64,000 bases of DNA from an uncultured Holophaga sp. GTDB lineage: Bacteria > Acidobacteriota > Holophagae > Holophagales > Holophagaceae. The stretch spans positions 320,001 to 384,000 of the forward strand of contig OY761614.1 of NCBI GenBank assembly GCA_963664825.1, given 5' to 3'. The notes beneath the pieces are model-generated. The model did not search any database, had not been told where the DNA came from, and saw only the letters and a program-made list of their open reading frames with translations. This document shows, piece after piece, positions 18,372-29,100 of the stretch. A program made the translations under genes and the position numbers. How positions within the stretch are numbered: position 1 is the stretch's first letter; each line of letters starts with the position of its first letter.

Positions 18372-19361
18372 ATGAGCACAGCCCTCCATCCCCAGAACGT
18401 CATCGCCCTGGTCTGGGATTTCGACAAGACCCTGATCCCGGGCTACATGCAGGACCCGATTTTCGACGAATACCATATCGACGGGGCCACCTTCTGGCGG
18501 GAGACCAACGCCCTGCCCCTCTATCTCCAGCGGGCCGGTGTCCATGTCCACCCGGATACCTCCTACCTCAACCATCTCCTGACCTATGTCCAGCACGGCC
18601 GCATGCCGAACCTCACCAACGCCAAGCTGCAGCAGCTGGGGGCGAAGATCGTCTTCCATCCGGGGCTGCCGGACTTCTTCCAGCGCCTCAAGGAGGAACT
18701 GGCCGCCTACCCGGACGCCGAGCGCTTCGAACTCAGGCTGGAGCACTACATCGTCTCCACCGGACTCAGGGCCATGATCGAGGGCTCGGCCATCCGGCCC
18801 TTCGTGGAAGGGATCTGGGCCTCGGAATTCATCGAGGCGCCGCCCCCCCCGGGCTTCGACCCCGACGAGACGATCCGTCTCGATGACCCGGACCGGGGCA
18901 GGCCCCTCATCCCGGTCCAGGGCATCACCCAGATCGCCGTGGCCTACGACAACACCAGCAAGACGAGGGCCCTCTTCGAGATCAACAAGGGCGCCAACAA
19001 GACCGCAGGCATCGACGTGAACGCCAAGATGGGCGACGAGGACCGGCGCGTGCCCTTCCAGCACATGATCTACATCGCCGACGGCCCCAGCGATGTGCCG
19101 GCCTTCTCCGTGATGCGCCAGAACAGGGGCACGGCCTACGCCGTATACGACCCCAGCAATTCCTTGAGCCTGGAGCAGGTGGATCGCCTGCGCCGGGATG
19201 GCCGCATCGACCACTTCGGCCCCGCCGATTTCCGTCCCGAGAGCCCCACCAGCCAGTGGCTGACCATGCAGGTGCGCCGCATCGCCGAAGGCATCATCGC
19301 CGACAGGAAGACCGCCCTCTCCGCCCGGGTAGGTTTCGCCCCGAGGCATCTGCCGCACTGA
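18372..19361 (+). CDS. HAD-superfamily hydrolase
   Basis: WDFDKTL motif I, IVSTG motif II, KTRALFEINKG, YIADGPSDVP motif IV. Confidence 0.85.
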   Translation: MSTALHPQNVIALVWDFDKTLIPGYMQDPIFDEYHIDGATFWRETNALPLYLQRAGVHVHPDTSYLNHLLTYVQHGRMPNLTNAKLQQLGAKIVFHPGLPDFFQRLKEELAAYPDAERFELRLEHYIVSTGLRAMIEGSAIRPFVEGIWASEFIEAPPPPGFDPDETIRLDDPDRGRPLIPVQGITQIAVAYDNTSKTRALFEINKGANKTAGIDVNAKMGDEDRRVPFQHMIYIADGPSDVPAFSVMRQNRGTAYAVYDPSNSLSLEQVDRLRRDGRIDHFGPADFRPESPTSQWLTMQVRRIAEGIIADRKTALSARVGFAPRHLPH

Positions 19362-19645
19362 AAAGGTGCACTCCCGGTAGTCGCCGACGCAGGAGGCGGC
19401 GTAGAGCTGCGGGATCCAGGCTCACCCGAAGGGTGAACTGGAAACCGCAGCGTCCGGGAGTGCCCGAGATAAAGGTGCACTCCCGGTAGCCAGCGCCGAA
19501 GGCGATGGCGTCAAGCAGCAGGGCATAGGCTTGGGCGCAGCCCAAACTATGCCCTGCTGCGTCCGGGAGTGCCCGAGGTGAAGGTGCACTCCCGACAGCC
19601 CGCCCCCGCAGGGGGTGCGACAAGCCCAAGGACTCCGGGAGGAAC
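19362..19645. repeat. Structured tandem repeat with 109-nt period (two full units and one truncated unit)
   Basis: RAAGGTGCACTCCCG begins at 19362, 19471 and 19580; units 1 and 2 close with CGTCCGGGAGTGCCCGAG; internal hairpins covary. Confidence 0.92.
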
Positions 19646-19666
19646 CTCGCGCCCCGTGCGAATCGG

Positions 19667-20815
19667 CTACTGGAAGTCCACCGCGTATTCCCCGTCCCGC
19701 ATGAGGGGCAGGATCTTCCCGTCCTCCAGGATCAGATCCACGCGCTTCACCTTCACATCGGGCTGGGTCTCGGGGACGTAGACGCGGTCGATGTGGATGA
19801 CGGCGCCGGGACTGGAGAATTGCTTGGGCCCCACTTGGCCCCCGAAGTGCTCGCTGCGGCCGAAGGCGATGTGCAGGCCCAGCTTCTCGTCCAGGAGGAT
19901 CTCGCCGATGGGCTTCAGGCCGAAGGCCGCCAGCACGCCCAGGCCCAGTTCCGCCAGGTTTCCGTAGGCGGGTTCCGCAGCCAGATGCTCGGCTTCGGCT
20001 CTCGAGGCAGGTCCCTGGGTGAGCACTTCCACGGCCTTGTTGTTCTCGATGCGATAGCGCACGATCTCCGTACCGAACTGTACGGGCAGGATGCCGGCAC
20101 TGCGGCTGGGCTCGGTCTCCCCCTCGAAGGGCACGATGTAGGTCTCGCCCGAAGGCAGGTTGCCGGCCACGCCGGGTTGGGGCAATAGGCCGCCGGAGGC
20201 GTGGGCGCTACGGAAGCGCAGATCCAGGTGCAGCGACTCCTCGCCGCCGGGATGGGAGAACTGGAAGTCGGCACCGGTGGCGCGATCCAGGAGGCCCTTC
20301 AGGAATTCCACCCGGCGGTTCACTTCCGTGTAGTCCAGGCGCAGGGCCGGGATCATGTCCTGGCGGAAGCCCGGCATGGTGGCAGCGCGGATGGGATGCT
20401 TCTTGGCGGCCATCTTCAGGGGGGCCGTGGCGGAGAATTCCGTGGGGGCGATGAGGATGGGATGTGTGGCGTAGATCTCCCCAAAGGAAATGGAAGCCCC
20501 AGCGTCCAGGCCTTCTGTCGTCCTGGGCAGGGGGCCGCCCTTGTGGATCCAGCAGCGCTCGGGCAGGTCCCCGTTATTGGTGTGGACATTGGGATAGAGC
20601 ACGAGGTCGGTCTCCATGCCCAGGGAGGCGCGATGGGCCTTGAGTTCGGCCACCCAGGCCTGGGCGATCTCCCGGCGGGCGGCCCAGTCTGCGTTATCCG
20701 GCGACTGGGCGTCAGGTAGATCCACCAGGAAAGCCAGGGCCTTCTCGCCCGCCTGGGGCAGGAAGACCCGCTTCACCAGAGCCACCAGTTCCTCACCACT
20801 CAGCCGCTCTGACAT
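19667..20815 (-). CDS. M29/aminopeptidase-T-like metallopeptidase
   Basis: GNLPSGE, NLAELGLG, LLDEK, LHIAFG and IHID motifs. Confidence 0.75.
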   Translation of the reverse strand: MSERLSGEELVALVKRVFLPQAGEKALAFLVDLPDAQSPDNADWAARREIAQAWVAELKAHRASLGMETDLVLYPNVHTNNGDLPERCWIHKGGPLPRTTEGLDAGASISFGEIYATHPILIAPTEFSATAPLKMAAKKHPIRAATMPGFRQDMIPALRLDYTEVNRRVEFLKGLLDRATGADFQFSHPGGEESLHLDLRFRSAHASGGLLPQPGVAGNLPSGETYIVPFEGETEPSRSAGILPVQFGTEIVRYRIENNKAVEVLTQGPASRAEAEHLAAEPAYGNLAELGLGVLAAFGLKPIGEILLDEKLGLHIAFGRSEHFGGQVGPKQFSSPGAVIHIDRVYVPETQPDVKVKRVDLILEDGKILPLMRDGEYAVDFQ

Positions 20816-20867
20816 GAATGCCTCCAGACCCCAGTATTCTCCGAGAGGCCCATCGAACGCAAAGGTT

Positions 20868-22787
20868 TCAAGCCGCTCCTCCAGAGGCTCGCCTGGCGAG
20901 TTCCCGCGCCACCACCTGGGCCTTCACCAGTTCCGGGGCTGTCCATCTCCCGGCGGCGCGCGCCTCGGCCAGCGCCTCCTGCACGAGGCTGGCCAGATCT
21001 GTCCACAGTTTCCGATCCTCCAGGGCGATCTCCGGCAGGACCAGGGCCACCCTCTGCCGGACGGCCCAGGGGTTGCGCCCCTCCCAGGCCCCGCGCACCT
21101 GGCCCATGAAAAGCCGCCCCGCGCCGGGCCCCAGGTCCGCCTGCACCCGGACCAGGGCCTCCAGAGCCACGGCATGGAGGACGGGGGTCTTGAGTTCCTC
21201 CACCTTGGCGCAGAGCGTTTCGGTCGCTCCTGGATCGGCAATGTCGCACAGGGCCTGGGCCAAGGCGATCTGCATCCTCGGGCTCTGCCCGGAATGGAGG
21301 AGTTCGGCCAGGGCCGGGGCCACCTCCGCCGACGCGCTGCTGCCCAGGGATTCCAGGGCCTCCAGGGCCAGTTCCTCCCGGCTGGAATTGCGCACGAGCT
21401 CCAGAAGTTCCCGGGCGAGGCCTGTGAGGCGATGGAGCCCGATGAAACGGATACCCATCCGGATATCCTCCAGACGCTCCGCGCGGAGGAGCTCCCCCGC
21501 CACCTGTTCCGCCCCGGGAAGCAGCCCGAGATGGACCATGGCCCGCTGGGCGATATCGACGATGGAGTCCCGACAGGCCGCCAGGAGGATCGTACGCAGG
21601 GCTTCCTCTCTGCGCTCCCCCAGAACCTCCAGCGCCGCGGCCCGAGAGGGGTTGTCGGGGCAATGCAGCAGCAGTTCCATCAGCCCGGAGCTCTCAGTGG
21701 GGGCCAGGGAGGCCAGGGCCCGCGCCACGCCTTCCCGCCCGGTCTGAAGCCTCAGGGCGGCCTCCAGGATCGGCAGGACCTCCGAGGGGGGCAGGAACTG
21801 AGCCTTCACCAAGCCAGCCAACCCTTCAGCGCCGACATCCATGGCGAAGGCCAGCCGCCTAGCGCGCAGATTCATGGCCTCCGAGGTTTCGGTGTGAAGG
21901 GCCTGGAGCCGGGTGTTCTTGTTTGCCTGGATGGTGAGGAGGACCTCGGCTAGGAACCGATCCGGGAGGCCCACGGCCCGCTCCATCAGGCCTTCCGCAG
22001 CCTGTCCTGCCCGCAGAGCCTCCAGCACCTCCCCTTCCCGAGCCTGGAAGGGGGCCGAGAGGCGCGCCAGGGCAACCTCCCGGGCAGCCTCCCCAGTCAG
22101 CCCCCGAAGGGCCCCCAATAGCTCCTTCAGGAGCCGGTCCTCCAGCACTTCCCGATGACATTCCTCGAGGAAACCCGCCAGGAAAGCCGCAGCCTCCACC
22201 GACTGGATACTCCCCAACAGCCTTATGGCGTGACGAAAGATCAGCAGATCGGGATGCATGAGGAGATTCTTGAGGGAATCCAGCTTGGACGGATCCAGCA
22301 GCTGACCCAGCTGCCGAGCGGCCTCATTGGCCACGGAAGGATTTCCACTGCCCTCCAGCAGGAGGCCCAGATGATGTTCCCAGGCCAGGGCGGGGTCGGC
22401 CTGAGCCAGCACCTCGGCCACCCGCTCGGGGAATCCAGGGCCAGAAGCCACCTGGGCCAGCTCCCGGAGGGCTTCCAGGGCCTCGGGGTTCCCGATGCGC
22501 CCCAAGGCCTCCACGCCCAGGCCAAAGAATTCAGGGTCTGATTCATGCCGGAGCGCCCGGGCCAAGATGGGCACCGAGAGCGGCCAGGCGTAATAGAAAC
22601 AGCCCTCGAAGACCAATTGGCGGAAGGCGTGGGATGCGCCGGCCCGGTGGAGCCTGGGGCCGAGCTCCTCGAGACCTTCCGCCCCCACGTCATGCAGGGC
22701 GCGGAAGAAGCTCAGCTGATCGGCAGGTTCCGAGGCGTCCAGGTGATCCAGGATGGCGCAGAATTGTTCCTGGGCGCTGGAGCTCAT
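20868..22787 (-). CDS. HEAT-repeat protein
   Basis: Starts MSSSAQEQF with ATGA overlap on the upstream stop; repeated EALGRIG, RLLGSI, LEVLGE and LESLG helical motifs. Confidence 0.75.
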   Translation of the reverse strand: MSSSAQEQFCAILDHLDASEPADQLSFFRALHDVGAEGLEELGPRLHRAGASHAFRQLVFEGCFYYAWPLSVPILARALRHESDPEFFGLGVEALGRIGNPEALEALRELAQVASGPGFPERVAEVLAQADPALAWEHHLGLLLEGSGNPSVANEAARQLGQLLDPSKLDSLKNLLMHPDLLIFRHAIRLLGSIQSVEAAAFLAGFLEECHREVLEDRLLKELLGALRGLTGEAAREVALARLSAPFQAREGEVLEALRAGQAAEGLMERAVGLPDRFLAEVLLTIQANKNTRLQALHTETSEAMNLRARRLAFAMDVGAEGLAGLVKAQFLPPSEVLPILEAALRLQTGREGVARALASLAPTESSGLMELLLHCPDNPSRAAALEVLGERREEALRTILLAACRDSIVDIAQRAMVHLGLLPGAEQVAGELLRAERLEDIRMGIRFIGLHRLTGLARELLELVRNSSREELALEALESLGSSASAEVAPALAELLHSGQSPRMQIALAQALCDIADPGATETLCAKVEELKTPVLHAVALEALVRVQADLGPGAGRLFMGQVRGAWEGRNPWAVRQRVALVLPEIALEDRKLWTDLASLVQEALAEARAAGRWTAPELVKAQVVARELARRASGGAA

Positions 22788-23164
22788 GATTCCACCGCCA
22801 CCAGGCAGGTCGACACATGGTCCTGGATGAGCCCCTGCACGAAGGGCGTGATCAGCGAGAAGTCGACCCCCACCAGGGCATAGCCTTGGGTCTTGCCGAC
22901 CACCTTGCCCAGGATCCGAATCACCGTGGCCTGGAGGGGAACATAGGGCAGATTGGGGTGATCCAGGTAGAAATGCTCGAGCACCAACCCTGTATCGAGA
23001 TGGCGAACTTCGGGCATCTGGACCTCGAGGCCGCATCCGGAGGCACTGAGATTGGCCAGCCGACCTCCTTCGATCCTCCGATTCTGGATCTGGAAACAAA
23101 CCCTGTAGCTCGGATCCGAGACGCTCATCCTCGGGAAACGGCGCTGCTCGAGGTATTCGACCAA
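22784..23164 (-). CDS. Single PilZ-domain protein (c-di-GMP receptor); start approximate (TTG)
   Basis: QRRFPR (RxxxR) and NLSASG (N/DxSxxG) motifs; GGGAGG RBS. Confidence 0.8.
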   Translation of the reverse strand: MVEYLEQRRFPRMSVSDPSYRVCFQIQNRRIEGGRLANLSASGCGLEVQMPEVRHLDTGLVLEHFYLDHPNLPYVPLQATVIRILGKVVGKTQGYALVGVDFSLITPFVQGLIQDHVSTCLVAVES

Positions 23165-23307
23165 GGGGCCCTCCCATCGGCCTCCCATTCTTCCAGAAGC
23201 GGAAGGGAGCATCTGTGAATTCTGGGGACTTTCGGCCCGCCCCGCCATGGTCACACAAACGTTGACGCCCCCGCTCGCGCCCGTTGAAATGGAACGGGAG
23301 AAGATCT

Positions 23308-24027
23308 GTGACTCGGAAAGCCTCGAAGAAGCCCCTCCGGCAGCGGCTGCTGCACCTTTTGGGCTGGAGCGCCCTGGCCTTCCTGGGCAGCACCCTCCTG
23401 AGCGCCCTGGTATTCCGCTTCGTGCCCGTGCCTTTTTCAGGCCTGATGGTGGAACGCCGAGTGCAGTCCTGGTCGAGCGATGAGCCCTATTCCCCACGCT
23501 ATCATTGGGTTTCCCTGGATGATATCTCCCCCAGCATGGGAGTGGCCGTCATCGCCAGCGAGGACCAGAATTTCCCGGACCACTTCGGCTTCGACTGGAA
23601 GGCCATCGAGAAGGCCGTGGCCCATAACGAGAAGAGCCGCCGGAAGCGGGGCGCCTCCACGGTCTCGATGCAGACCGCCAAGAACCTCTTCCTCTGGGAT
23701 TCCCGCTCCTGGGTGCGCAAGGGCTTCGAGGCCTACTTCACGCTGCTCCTGGAGAGCACCTGGTCCAAGAGGCGCATCCTGGAGGTCTATCTCAATATCG
23801 TGGAATTCGGCGATGGCATCTTCGGCGTGGAGGCAGCTTCTCGCGCCTATTTCGGCAAACCCGCCAAGCGCCTCAACCCCGGCGAAGCCGCCCTCCTGGC
23901 CGCCGTCCTGCCCAACCCCCACAAGTTCCACGCCAACGCCCCTAGCGATTACATCCGGGGCAGGCAGGCCTGGATCCTGGGTCAGATGCACCGGCTGGGG
24001 GGCGCCCAGGTGGTCAAGGCACTCTAA
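23308..24027 (+). CDS. mtgA: Monofunctional biosynthetic peptidoglycan transglycosylase
   Basis: [39 protein letters not shown]. Confidence 0.93.
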   Translation: MTRKASKKPLRQRLLHLLGWSALAFLGSTLLSALVFRFVPVPFSGLMVERRVQSWSSDEPYSPRYHWVSLDDISPSMGVAVIASEDQNFPDHFGFDWKAIEKAVAHNEKSRRKRGASTVSMQTAKNLFLWDSRSWVRKGFEAYFTLLLESTWSKRRILEVYLNIVEFGDGIFGVEAASRAYFGKPAKRLNPGEAALLAAVLPNPHKFHANAPSDYIRGRQAWILGQMHRLGGAQVVKAL

Positions 24028-24064
24028 GGGGAAGTGACTTCCTCCTTTTTCCTGCGACTTACGA

Positions 24065-25312
24065 TCATGGTTCGATCCGCATGCCCCGGGCCAGGGTGGT
24101 GCCCTTCGGGATCACCACGATGCCATCCTGGACGACCCAGGTGCCTTCGTCCCGGGAGGTGCCGCGCGGGAAGGGCCGAATCACCACATCGGCGCCGATC
24201 CGCACGTTCTTATCCAGGATGGCCCCTTCGATGTGGCAGCCGGAACCGATGCCCAGGGGCGTCAGGGAATAGGGGCGGTCATAGATATCGGCCCCCATGA
24301 CGATACTGTCCCGGATGGTGGTGCCCGCGCCGATCTGACTGCGCAGGCCGATGATCGAATGGGTGATCTCGGCCTTCTCGATGACGCAGCCTTCAGCCAG
24401 CAGCACTTCGGTCAAGCGGCTATCGGTGACGATGCTGCCGGGCAGGAAGCGCGAATGGGTGTAGATGGGGCGGTGGGCGTCATAGAAGTTGAAGGGGGAA
24501 TCCGGCCGCGTCAGCCGCAGATTCGTGTCGTAGAAGGATCGGATGGTGCCGATGTCCTCCCAATACCCGTCGAAGTCGAAGCCGAAGACCGGCTGGCGGG
24601 AGATGGCATAGGGGATCACGTCGCTGCCGAAGTCATCGAAATCTGGGTGCTGCTCCAGCAGATCCACGAGCACCTGGGTGCGGAAGGCGTAGATGCCCAT
24701 GGAGCCCAGGAAGGGACGCTGGGCGTCATCCCGGCTCACCATGCGGGCCTGGACCTCAGGGTCGGTGGGCTTTTCCACGAAATCCTGGATGCGCCCATCC
24801 TCGCCCCGTTTGAGGATGCCGAAGCGGGGCGCCTCCTCCTTGGCCACGGGCTGGACGGCCACCGTGATATCGGCCTCATTCTCCACATGGAAGGCCATCA
24901 TGGCCGCGTAATCCATGCGGTAGAGATGGTCCCCGGCCAGTATCAGCACGTGTTCGGCGCCGGTGCCGGTGATCTGGGCCAGCTGCTTGCGTATGGCGTC
25001 GGCCGTGCCCATGTACCAGGCATCGCTGGAGGGCGTCTGTTCCGCGGCCAGCACCTGCACCCAGCCCGTGTGGAAGGCATCGAACTTGTAGGTCTCGGAG
25101 ATATGCCGGTGGAGGGAGACCGAATTGAACTGGGTCAGCACGTGCACCCGGAGAATGCCTGAATTGATGCAGTTGCTGATGGGGATATCGATGAGGCGGT
25201 ACTTGCCCGCGATCGGCACGGCGGGCTTGGCACGCATCTTGGTGAGCGGATAGAGTCGCGCGCCCCGCCCACCCCCGAGGATGACGGCCAGGACATCATT
25301 CAGAACCTGCAT
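24065..25312 (-). CDS. glgC: Glucose-1-phosphate adenylyltransferase
   Basis: GGGRGARLYPLT, RAKPAVP, GTADA, FVEKP, SMGIY, YWEDIGT. Confidence 0.95.
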   Translation of the reverse strand: MQVLNDVLAVILGGGRGARLYPLTKMRAKPAVPIAGKYRLIDIPISNCINSGILRVHVLTQFNSVSLHRHISETYKFDAFHTGWVQVLAAEQTPSSDAWYMGTADAIRKQLAQITGTGAEHVLILAGDHLYRMDYAAMMAFHVENEADITVAVQPVAKEEAPRFGILKRGEDGRIQDFVEKPTDPEVQARMVSRDDAQRPFLGSMGIYAFRTQVLVDLLEQHPDFDDFGSDVIPYAISRQPVFGFDFDGYWEDIGTIRSFYDTNLRLTRPDSPFNFYDAHRPIYTHSRFLPGSIVTDSRLTEVLLAEGCVIEKAEITHSIIGLRSQIGAGTTIRDSIVMGADIYDRPYSLTPLGIGSGCHIEGAILDKNVRIGADVVIRPFPRGTSRDEGTWVVQDGIVVIPKGTTLARGMRIEP

Positions 25313-25401
25313 GGCTCCCTCCCCTTCTTCCATCGGCTTCCCGACAATCCCCTTGAATAACGACACTTCGAGCCGGAGGATTCGGCAAGATCCGTCCAGG
25401 C

Positions 25402-25773
25402 TCAGTTCAGGCCCAATTCCTCCAGGCGTTTCTCACCAATCCCGAAATGATGGGCGATCTCGTGGAGCACGGTGAGCGCCACCTCCCGACGCAGTTCCTC
25501 CGGCTCCTTAAAATCCTCCCGCAGGGCCCCCCGGTAGAGGGTTATGCGGTCGGGCATGTCCCCTTGGTCGAAGTGCCGCTCCGTCAGGGGAGTCCCCGTG
25601 TAGAGCCCGTAGAGCCCCCGATCCTTCGGAATCCCCATGGCACGAAGCAGCGCTGCGCTCGGCCATTCCTCCACGAGGATTTCCACATTCTCCAGATAGG
25701 GGCTGAATTCCGCCGGGATCAACTCGAGCGCCTCAGTCAACAGTTTATTAAAAGCCTGATCGATCTCCCCCAT
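25402..25773 (-). CDS. Zincin_1 (DUF1025-like) minimal metallopeptidase
   Basis: LYGLYTGTPL, PDRITLYR, HEIAHHFG. Confidence 0.88.
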   Translation of the reverse strand: MGEIDQAFNKLLTEALELIPAEFSPYLENVEILVEEWPSAALLRAMGIPKDRGLYGLYTGTPLTERHFDQGDMPDRITLYRGALREDFKEPEELRREVALTVLHEIAHHFGIGEKRLEELGLN

Positions 25774-25913
25774 GGCCCTTCTCCGTCCAAGCGGCCTACA
25801 GGTAGAACATAGGATCAATCAGCCCAATGCCCAGGAAATAGGCATAGGTATCGGTATTTTACGATGGCATCGCCTTTGAATAGTCTTAGGTTTCAGGTGT
25901 TCAGAGGTGCCCG

Positions 25914-26120
25914 ATGGCATACCTGTTCGAACGGCGGCAGAACTGGCATCGGATCATTGGCCTGGAGCGGCGAGGGGCCCCCTTCAGGACCCTGATGGGC
26001 CGCCCCCTGCCCGATCCCACCCGCCTATTGGACGAGGAGTTCCGGGCTGGAGAAGACCCAAGGCAAGAGAACGGCACCCGGAGGGCAGAGCCCTGGCGCC
26101 CGGGGAACAAGCAGCCCTAG
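25914..26120 (+). CDS. Possible small hypothetical protein (68 aa)
   Basis: GAGGTG RBS; fills an otherwise empty gap; no recognisable motif. Confidence 0.35.
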   Translation: MAYLFERRQNWHRIIGLERRGAPFRTLMGRPLPDPTRLLDEEFRAGEDPRQENGTRRAEPWRPGNKQP

Positions 26121-26157
26121 GACCGGTCTCTATCCTTATTTCGTTGCGGTCTGGGAC

Positions 26158-29100
26158 CTAGCTGCACCCCGTGGTGGCACCGCAGGTCTGGCACTTGAGG
26201 CAGGCGCCGTTGCGCACCAGGGTCAGGTGGCCGCATTCCGGGCAGGGATCGCCCGTGTAGCCCTTCTCCCGAGCGGTCCGGTAGGCCGCCGCGGCGGGCT
26301 GGACGGCTCCCGCGTGGGCGTGGACATGCATGGGCTCCGGGGCAGGCACGGGCTGAAGCTCAGGGCCAGAAGTTGTGGTCTCAGGGAAGAGCGGCGTCAT
26401 ACCGCCATTGCCGGCGCTGCTGATGCCGGGGGCATGGCTCTCGCGCTTGAGCCCACCGGCCAGCTGCATGAGCTGCTCGGGCTCCACCTGGGCCAGTTCG
26501 AATCGCCCCAGGTAGCTGATGGCCAATTCCCGGAACACGAAATCGATGAGGCTGGTGGAGAACTTCACCGTGTCGGAGCCCTGGATCATGCCATTGGGCT
26601 CGAAGCGGGTGAAGAGGAAGGCGTCGCAGAATTCTTCCAGGGGAACCCCGTGCTGGAGTCCCATGGAGACCGCGATGGCGAAGCAGTTGAGGACGGCGCG
26701 GAAGGCGGCTCCCTCCTTGTGGATATCCAGGAAGATCTCTCCCAGGGTGCCGTCCTCGTATTCGCCCGTGCGCAGGTAGAGTTTGGTGCCCCCCACAGTG
26801 GCCGCCTGGGTATAGCCGCCGCGGCGATTGGGCAGCTTGCGGCGGTAGGTGCGCACCACCTGCTGGGCCATGGCCTGAGCCACCGCCTGCACCTTGTCGA
26901 CCTTGGGCGCCTCATCGTCAACAAGAGTCTCCAAGCCATCGAGGAGATCGAGGTTGGTGGCCAGGGGCTGGCTCATCTTCGAACCATCCCTGTAGAGGGC
27001 CACGGCCTTGATCATGTACTTCCAGCTCTGCTCGTAGATCTCGCCCACCTGCGCCACGGTGTAATCCGCGGGGAGGTTGATGGTCTTGCTGATGGCGCCC
27101 GAGAGGAAGGGCTGGGCGGCGCCCATCATGCGGATATGCCCCATGGGAGCGATGTAGCGCTGCCCCTTGCGCCCACACTTATTGGCGCAATCGAAGATGG
27201 GAATATGCTCGGCCTTGAGGTGGGGCGCGCCTTCCACGGTCATGGTGCCGGCCAGCGCAGCCAGGAAGGTGGCCGCAACGTCTTCTCCAAAGGCGACCTT
27301 CAGCTTCTCCACGGGCACCACGAAGCTAGGATCGAAGGCCGTGGGGAGCTTGGCTTCCCAGCCCTTGATCTCCTCTTCGGAGAAACCCTTCCCGATCAGC
27401 TCCTGGCGGGTGATGCCGGGGGTCTCACCTGTGATCTTGAGCCAGCCCACCACGTAGCGTTCGATATCCAGGATCTGCTGGGGGTCGTAGCCCAGGCGCA
27501 TGAGGGCCTCGGGAATGGCGCCATTGACGAGCTTGAAGTAGCCTCCGCCCGCCAGCTTCTTGAACTTCACCAAGGCAAAATCCGGTTCGACCCCTGTGGT
27601 GTCGCAGTCCATCAACAGGCCGATGGTGCCCGTAGGTGCCAACACCGTCACCTGGGCATTGCGGAAGCCATGCTGCTCACCCAGGGCCAAGGCCTGGTCC
27701 CAGCTTTCCCGGGAGGCCTCCACGAGGGACTTGGGAATGCCCGTGCCCTTGAGTCCCCGCGGCGGGATGGAGAGGCTCTCGTACTCGGAGGCTGGCGCAT
27801 CGTAGGCCGCGCGACGGTGGTTGCGGATCACCCGCAGCATGGCGTTCCTGTTGGGCTCGTATCCTGGGAAGGGGCCCAGTTCGCCAGCCATTTCCGCACT
27901 GGCCGCATAGGCGTCCCCGGTGAGGATGGCCGTGAGGGCCGCGCACCACTGGGTGCCCGCTTCGCTATCGTAGGGAATGCCCATGCGCATCAGCATGGCG
28001 CCGAGATTGGCGTAACCCAGGCCCAGGGTGCGGTACTCGTAGCTGAGCTTGGCGATGGCTTCGCTGGGAAACTGGGCCATCAGCACCGAGATCTCCAAGA
28101 CGACAGTCCAGAGCCGGATCGCGTGGCGGTAGCCCACCAGGTCGAAACCGCCGTCGGAGGTGAGGAAGGCGCACAGGTTTAAGGAAGCCAAATTGCAGGC
28201 CGTGTCATCCAGGAACATGTACTCGGAGCAGGGATTGCTCCCATTGATCCGGCCCGCCTGGGGACAGGTGTGCCAATCGTTGATGGTGGTATCGAACTGG
28301 ACACCGGGGTCCGCACAGGCCCAGGCCGCATGGTTCACCTTGGCCCACAGATCCTTGGCGCGAAGGTTCTTCAGGGGCTTGCCGTCCACACGCCGAGTGA
28401 GCTGCCAGTCGCCGTCCCGCTCCAGGGCCCGCATGAAGGAATCCGGCACCCGCACCGAATTATTGGAATTCTGCCCCCCCACGGTCGCGTAGGCCTCCCC
28501 ATCCCAGGTGGTGTCGTACTGTTTGAGGTTGCGGGCGAAGTCGCCCTGCTCCAGGCGCCCCAGGCACTGGGCCAGGAAAGCAGCCGGCACGCCCTCCTTC
28601 TTGGCATGGGCCAAGGCCTTGCGTAACTTCTCGTTGGCGATGGGGTTGGCATCGCGGGTGGTCGAGCCCTCCACGGCCTCGCACATGGCGTTCCAGTGCT
28701 TGCCCAGCAGGATGGACCCGGCGGCCATCATGGCCACCTTGCGTTCCTCGCTGACCTTCCATTGGATGAAGGCTTCGATATCGGGGTGATCGAGATCCAG
28801 GGTCACCATCTTGGCGGCGCGACGCGTGGTGCCGCCGGACTTGATGGCCCCGGCGGCCCGGTCACCTACCGCCAGGAAGCTCATCAGGCCCGAGGAGCGC
28901 CCACCCCCGGAGAGGGGTTCCTCGGAGCCGCGGATGCGGGAGAAGTTGCTGCCCGTGCCCGAGCCGTATTTAAAGATGCGGGCCTCGCGCATCCAGAGAT
29001 CCATGATCCCGCCAGGGTTCACCAAATCGTCGCTGACACTCTGGATGAAGCAGGCATGGGGCTGGGGCCGTTCATAGGCACTGGTGGAGGGCTCAACCTT

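Noticed and set aside
19362..19645. CRISPR array (palindromic repeat of about 39 nt with spacers of about 70 nt)
   Set aside because: The spacers are too long, are structural homologues of one another, and no cas genes or leader are present; reported instead as a structured repeat
20868..23393. Single 841-aa protein from the ORF track
   Set aside because: The first 200 or so residues are an off-frame reading over the PilZ gene and the mtgA start; the plausible start is 22787
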